Part shown: in pieces, positions 60,201-64,000 of the stretch | Layout of the letters: each line of letters starts with the position of its first letter | Position numbering within the stretch: the stretch's first letter is position 1 | Assembly (NCBI GenBank): GCA_963735035.1 | Contig: CAVTJJ010000004.1 | Span: 1,216,001 to 1,280,000 of the forward strand | DNA length: 64,000 bases | Direction: 5' to 3' | Source: an uncultured candidate division Zixibacteria bacterium | GTDB lineage: Bacteria; Zixibacteria; MSB-5A5; GN15; FEB-12 | Notes under the pieces: model-generated | What the model saw: only the letters and a program-made list of their open reading frames with translations | The model's database searches: none | What the model was told of the DNA's origin: nothing | Translations under genes and position numbers: made by a program

Positions 60201-60764
60201 GATGTCGAATACTTTGACCCGCGTCTGGATATCTGGGCCAGCACGCGCATACCTCTGACCGGAACCACAAAGAATGAGCAGAAGTACGAGGACCTCAAGG
60301 TGCACGTCACGGGTACGCTGGAGAAACCGGAATTTGCGTTCTATCTGGCGGGCCAGGAGGACACTCCAATAGCGTACGATGCCATTCTGCCGCTCATCGT
60401 AGCCAACTACTACGGTGAGTCATCATCGAACGGGGCTTTTGAAGAGCGTGTGTCGCAACTGGTATCCTCTCAGGTGTCCCAGATAGGCACGCGGCAACTT
60501 GGGGTGGAGACTTTTGAAATTGATCCCACTTACGAGGGATATCTGAACCTGGCGCAAACGCGGGTGACAGTCGGCAAGTATGCCGGGTCGAATCTCTATC
60601 TGTGGGGACGGTCATCGGTGGAGTTCCAGCAGGCTCTGGAAGCCGGCTTCGAGTATCGCATAAGCCGCAACCTTCTGTTTGAAGGATACCGCGAAGACAG
60701 CACCGATCCGGAACTGGGTGAGACCTATCATCTCAATCTGAAGATGCATTGGGACTATAAATGA
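57219..60764 (+). CDS. tamB: Translocation and assembly module TamB-like protein
   Basis: N-terminal anchor, long beta-rich body, C-terminal DUF490-like region (VTGTLEKP, VTVGKY, EYRISR). Confidence 0.82.
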   Translation: MRRWLKWFLGLVGAFFLVMIGVYVYIFYLGGLENYVVKEVNRTLAGPENLRVSLDRIKGDLYSGVQIEGLSIDYIDSTRRFNLVRVARVTAHYDFSDLWQGALRFSSIDLHGLELTVAQGTDGRWIVPIAGTPQPTESGETKSIAINRVAIDSSRITILRTNDTLSFENLNLVAGVEREGPSLSLAIQRLSFSSPDSALTLDNLTGRATLTGSILLFQDLQVKKGDSRLKASGTFDIKAMAGEVDVSADGIRLDEISNRFGGKLRGVIDADGKISFAGSKLRGRVNVGGSFLFADLGNLVIDFRFADKVLDLDTVYGTVFGNCGIDGSGEVDFRPMPEQYRLTADVRNLDLTQIEPGTFRSDLTGHIDLRGESFSNATLVLELDVNLFESSFDEYPIQRAQGPLRITTDSLTFPTTFSVDYFENRFDVVGVINYKRNMNLVVDAELNNLDRYRDRLFINQPGGRGRAHATLSGKTSDPDLSGRFWSDSLWIYGLYTDSAYSEFDIARFLTGRKGKVTVDLGAGAAWQVPFDSSFARLTIDSTKLFIDTVAMANSYAKVSSRGLLDQGAYPWKLTLDTLDLGLLDRLYHNRAQMKIEVDSLGFNFVDATLVEGETSISAERRLNFDETMDMNVRASGIEVQPWLKLISRDYGVHGIFSGEATLGSSFVSPVIDLNGSLDSIQYCDEELGKITALMRYRDSLVTIDSLVLQSEHGRYRADGKFYADLSFALGVEKRLLDRPFDLRITGEEVDSAFKLIPCLLPSVEQAGGEFHVDFNLEGTPSSPHLNGQAYLKNGWLKYLDLADILKTDSVSVAMQDNKILFNNIDIYVKDEKTKKRADAFLSGDLTVKAIDSFFYNVQVAIPQDFPVIYELDDIGGVVKGTLYVKGMTPPVVSGDLTVPEGRYLTEFADEQSGSPLMLALSGENTWDLDINFEIPSNYWIKNQDIDAEFGGYLNIVRENGKYRFVGNLDILRGRGFLFDKTFRISTDSASVIFEDVEYFDPRLDIWASTRIPLTGTTKNEQKYEDLKVHVTGTLEKPEFAFYLAGQEDTPIAYDAILPLIVANYYGESSSNGAFEERVSQLVSSQVSQIGTRQLGVETFEIDPTYEGYLNLAQTRVTVGKYAGSNLYLWGRSSVEFQQALEAGFEYRISRNLLFEGYREDSTDPELGETYHLNLKMHWDYK

Positions 60765-62698
60765 AGCGGCTGCTGCTCATAGCCATGCTGATTCTTGCGG
60801 GATCAGCTTTCGGAGCGCCGCCCGTGTCCAAGACGATTCTGCGTTGGGCGCGCAATCGTCCGATTGGATCGATTCAGATCGACGGCAATCGCTACTTCAC
60901 TGAAGGGTACATACGCAAGCATCTATATTCTCGCACACGGAATGTCTGGCTGGCGATCAAGGGCGACCGACGCAGCCGCGTTCAGGCGGAGACTCTCCAG
61001 CGTGACACGCTGGAAGTCAAGTATCTGTATCTCACCAACGGTTTTCTTGATGCCCATGTCGATCACACCTACGAGCCGCGTCTACCCGATTCGGCTGCCG
61101 TAGTGAAGATACATATTGAAGAGGGACCTCAATACCTGGTCGGTGGCACCGCTCTTGATGGCTCCTATGACCTTCAATATCATCCCCGATTTGTGGCCAT
61201 GCTTACCAAGCTGGAGCGTGGCAAGCCGGTCAATCTCTTTGTGCTCAAGGACACTGAAACCGCGCTTAAGGCTTTTCTGGCCAATCGGGGATTTCCTTAC
61301 GCCCGGATAGCCTATACTGTGGATACTTCCGCCACTCCTGCTTCCTGTCTGATAACTTTTTCGGTGCAGTCGGATTCGCTCGTGCATTTTGGCAATGTCA
61401 CTGTGGAGGTGGCCAACCCGAAGCCGGACAGCACCGGTAGGTATGGCGACAACGCCGCGCTTCGTGAACTGAAAATCAAGCCCGGGGCCGTTTACCGACG
61501 GGACGACATTATCGAGTCACAGCGGAGGCTCTTCGAGTCCGGCTATTTCACTACGTTTCAATTGTCTAATTCAACGACTTCCGGTGACAGTCTAAAACCC
61601 GATTTCCTGCTGCGCGTGACGGAGCGCAAGAGCTCTTATACGACTATTCGTCTGGGCGCTGCGCAATCGAATGTCAGAGACCTGGTGTGGGATTTTTCGG
61701 CCGTGGCCGGGAAACGCAATACCTGGGAAACCCGGACTTTGGAAGGTTCGATCGATCTGTCGTTTGCCGCAGGCAGAGATACCCGTCTGCTAACCAACGT
61801 GTTCAAGGCGCAATTCCAGGAACCCTGGTTTCTGGGGACGAGAACCAGGATGGTCCTTTCTACAGAGTATCAGCCGCGCATCAAGGACGCCGTTCAGGAC
61901 TTCGACAAGGAGTACTGGGCGATGTCGGCCGCCTTCTCGCGATGGTTCGGACGCAAACTGCGGGGAACGATGGGACTGGAATACCGCAAGGTCCGCATCT
62001 CGAATGTGGCCCCTTCGGAAATTCCCATCATCAAGGAGCAGCAGGGGCTCTCGGCGAGGCGCAGAGTGTATCTTACTACCCGTCGTGATGTTCGTGACGA
62101 TCCGTTCATCCCCTCGAAGGGTTCCGTGACGGAATTCAGCGGCGACTTCTATGGCGGGTTTCTTCGCGGTGACGCCAACTTCTATAAGGTCCAGGCCAGT
62201 TGGTCCCGATACCAGCGAGTCTGGCCCGGCTGGATATTGGCCTCGCGGATTCGAGGCGCTTCAGCAGCTCCCTTCGGTGGAACTCCCGCCGTACCTGCGG
62301 ACGAGGCCCTGTATCTGGGTGGGGCCAACAGCATTAGAGGTGTCGCCGAAAACAGGCTTGGGCCGCTCGATTCTCTCGGCAATCCGATCGGTGCCCGCTA
62401 TACAGTTGTCTTCAATCAGGAGCTTCGCTGGCGGACGCTTCAGGTGTTGACTGTGCTACCCTTGATAGGTGACTTGATGAGCAAGTTTCCGCTCTGGCAG
62501 TCTTTGTTTGTCGATGCGGGCAACGGTTTTCGCAACGAAAAGGAAATGCGCTTCGAAAATGTAGCCGTAGCCTATGGTCTGGGATTTCAACTCGTTTCAC
62601 CCGCCGGTCCTATTCGTATAGACTACGCCGAGCTGGTCAAACACGGCACTTTTCGTTACTCCCACCGCTGGCACTTCACTATATTGTACGCGTTCTAA
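60761..62698 (+). CDS. tamA: Omp85-family protein, TamA-like
   Basis: About three POTRA domains, EPWFLG, GGANSIRG, PAGPIRIDYA, terminal F. ATGA overlap with tamB. Confidence 0.78.
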   Translation: MKRLLLIAMLILAGSAFGAPPVSKTILRWARNRPIGSIQIDGNRYFTEGYIRKHLYSRTRNVWLAIKGDRRSRVQAETLQRDTLEVKYLYLTNGFLDAHVDHTYEPRLPDSAAVVKIHIEEGPQYLVGGTALDGSYDLQYHPRFVAMLTKLERGKPVNLFVLKDTETALKAFLANRGFPYARIAYTVDTSATPASCLITFSVQSDSLVHFGNVTVEVANPKPDSTGRYGDNAALRELKIKPGAVYRRDDIIESQRRLFESGYFTTFQLSNSTTSGDSLKPDFLLRVTERKSSYTTIRLGAAQSNVRDLVWDFSAVAGKRNTWETRTLEGSIDLSFAAGRDTRLLTNVFKAQFQEPWFLGTRTRMVLSTEYQPRIKDAVQDFDKEYWAMSAAFSRWFGRKLRGTMGLEYRKVRISNVAPSEIPIIKEQQGLSARRRVYLTTRRDVRDDPFIPSKGSVTEFSGDFYGGFLRGDANFYKVQASWSRYQRVWPGWILASRIRGASAAPFGGTPAVPADEALYLGGANSIRGVAENRLGPLDSLGNPIGARYTVVFNQELRWRTLQVLTVLPLIGDLMSKFPLWQSLFVDAGNGFRNEKEMRFENVAVAYGLGFQLVSPAGPIRIDYAELVKHGTFRYSHRWHFTILYAF

Positions 62699-62769
62699 AT
62701 TCCGGTCTATGAATCATCCGCCGGGCACTAATATCTGTCCAGATGGTTTCAGACCTTATGGGAAATACG

Positions 62770-63939
62770 ATGGATAGAATTTATCTCGATCATAATGCTA
62801 CCACCCCGGTCGATCCGGAAGTTGTCGACACTATGCTGCCGTTTCTATCAGCGCGGTTCGGCAACGCCAGCTCAGTGCACGGTTTCGGCCGTGAAGCCAA
62901 AGTCGCGCTGGAGCAGGGGCGCGAACAGATTGCGGCCTTCATAAACAGCGAACCGGCCGAACTGTATTTTACGTCCGGTGGAACAGAATCGGACAACATT
63001 GCCGTTCTCGGATCGGCATATCAATACAAAGGGAAGAAGAATCATCTTATTGTCGGCGCCACTGAACATCACGCCGTACTCGAACCGGCCGAGCACCTGG
63101 CGCACCGGGAGGGATTCAAAGTTGATTTGCTTCCGGTCGACGGCGACGGGTTCTCTTCTCCCGATGATCTCAGACGTCTGGTGAACGACCAGACCGTGCT
63201 CGTTTCGGTCATGCACGCCAACAACGAAACCGGCACGGTGCAGGACATTGCGGCACTGACTGAGATCACCCGGGCGAAAGATGTGCTGTTCCACACCGAC
63301 GCCGTACAGTCTACGGGCAAGATCAAGGTTGATGTCAAGAAACTCGGCGTGGATTTGCTCTCTCTTACCGGACACAAAATATACGGCCCCAAGGGAACCG
63401 GCGCGTTATTCATTCGCAAGGGTCTGAAGATAGCGCCGCTCTTCTATGGTGGCTCACACGAGAAGAAACGCCGCCCCGGCACTGAGAATATCGCCGGTGT
63501 GGTCGGTCTTGCTAAGACTTTGGAAATTGCCGAGCGTTGCCGCGAGGCTGATTTCGCCCGCCTGCAGGACCTGGCGGATTATTTTACAGACAAGGTGACG
63601 GCGAGCATTCCCGATGTGCATCTCAATGGCCCGCGCCGCAACCGGATTCCGCAGACCGTAAATCTCTCGTTTGCGGGCATTGAAGGTGAATCGATCGTGC
63701 TGTCGCTCGACATCGAAGGGATCGCCTGCTCGGCCGGCTCGGCGTGTACTTCCGGCGCGACCGAACCGTCGCACGTACTGATCGCAATGGGCAAACCGAA
63801 AGTCCGCTCTCAGGGAGCGATTCGCTTTTCAATGGGGCGCTCGACCACGCGTGAGCAGCTCGACCACGTAATCTCGAAACTCGGCCCGGTGGTGACCAGA
63901 CTTCGCAATCTGTCACCGGTCTATGGTAAACAAGCGTAA
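62770..63939 (+). CDS. iscS: Cysteine desulfurase (IscS/NifS group I)
   Basis: YLDHNATT, FTSGGTESDN, HKIYGPKG, SAGSACTS. Confidence 0.93.
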   Translation: MDRIYLDHNATTPVDPEVVDTMLPFLSARFGNASSVHGFGREAKVALEQGREQIAAFINSEPAELYFTSGGTESDNIAVLGSAYQYKGKKNHLIVGATEHHAVLEPAEHLAHREGFKVDLLPVDGDGFSSPDDLRRLVNDQTVLVSVMHANNETGTVQDIAALTEITRAKDVLFHTDAVQSTGKIKVDVKKLGVDLLSLTGHKIYGPKGTGALFIRKGLKIAPLFYGGSHEKKRRPGTENIAGVVGLAKTLEIAERCREADFARLQDLADYFTDKVTASIPDVHLNGPRRNRIPQTVNLSFAGIEGESIVLSLDIEGIACSAGSACTSGATEPSHVLIAMGKPKVRSQGAIRFSMGRSTTREQLDHVISKLGPVVTRLRNLSPVYGKQA

Positions 63940-63965
63940 GATACTGTCGTCAGACGAACCTGCCC

Positions 63966-63990
63966 GGGGTCGTCATGACGACCCCTTTTT
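63966..63990 (+). terminator. Intrinsic terminator after the cysteine desulfurase gene
   Basis: GGGGTCGTCATGACGACCCC perfect inverted repeat followed by TTTTT. Confidence 0.75.
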
Positions 63991-64000
63991 GTTGATATGA

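Overview
Mostly core chromosome from a diderm bacterium of moderately high GC. It is probably an FCB-group organism such as candidate phylum Zixibacteria; this is inferred from a giant protein carrying a T9SS-type C-terminal domain plus cohesin/dockerin-like modules and from lpxD/skp/bamA, and was not verified by a search. About 48 CDSs are present. Housekeeping genes: ppdK (5' truncated), an ADP-forming acyl-CoA synthetase, gltX, nadA, nadE, lgt, rsmI, ssb, lpxD-skp-bamA-rplU, uvrB, rlmH, ftsY, smc, maf, dtd, trxA, dsbD, pabBC, tamB/tamA-like and a cysteine desulfurase. I saw no rRNA, tRNA, CRISPR array or mobile element. Main leads: (1) an unannotated 31-codon membrane microprotein after trxA whose in-frame UGA is followed directly by a long hairpin, a candidate 55-aa selenoprotein with SECIS; (2) a ~3,100-aa Cys-rich, ~30-module secreted protein with nested duplications; (3) an ECF sigma/anti-sigma operon containing an HtrA homolog that lacks its catalytic triad, with a putative promoter motif that recurs upstream of trxA; (4) strong enrichment of the Bacteroidota O-glycosylation sequon D-(S/T)-hydrophobic in exported proteins, next to tandem GT-C-like/TPR paralogs; (5) several other apparent pseudo-enzymes. 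All family assignments come from motif recognition by eye; no searches were run.
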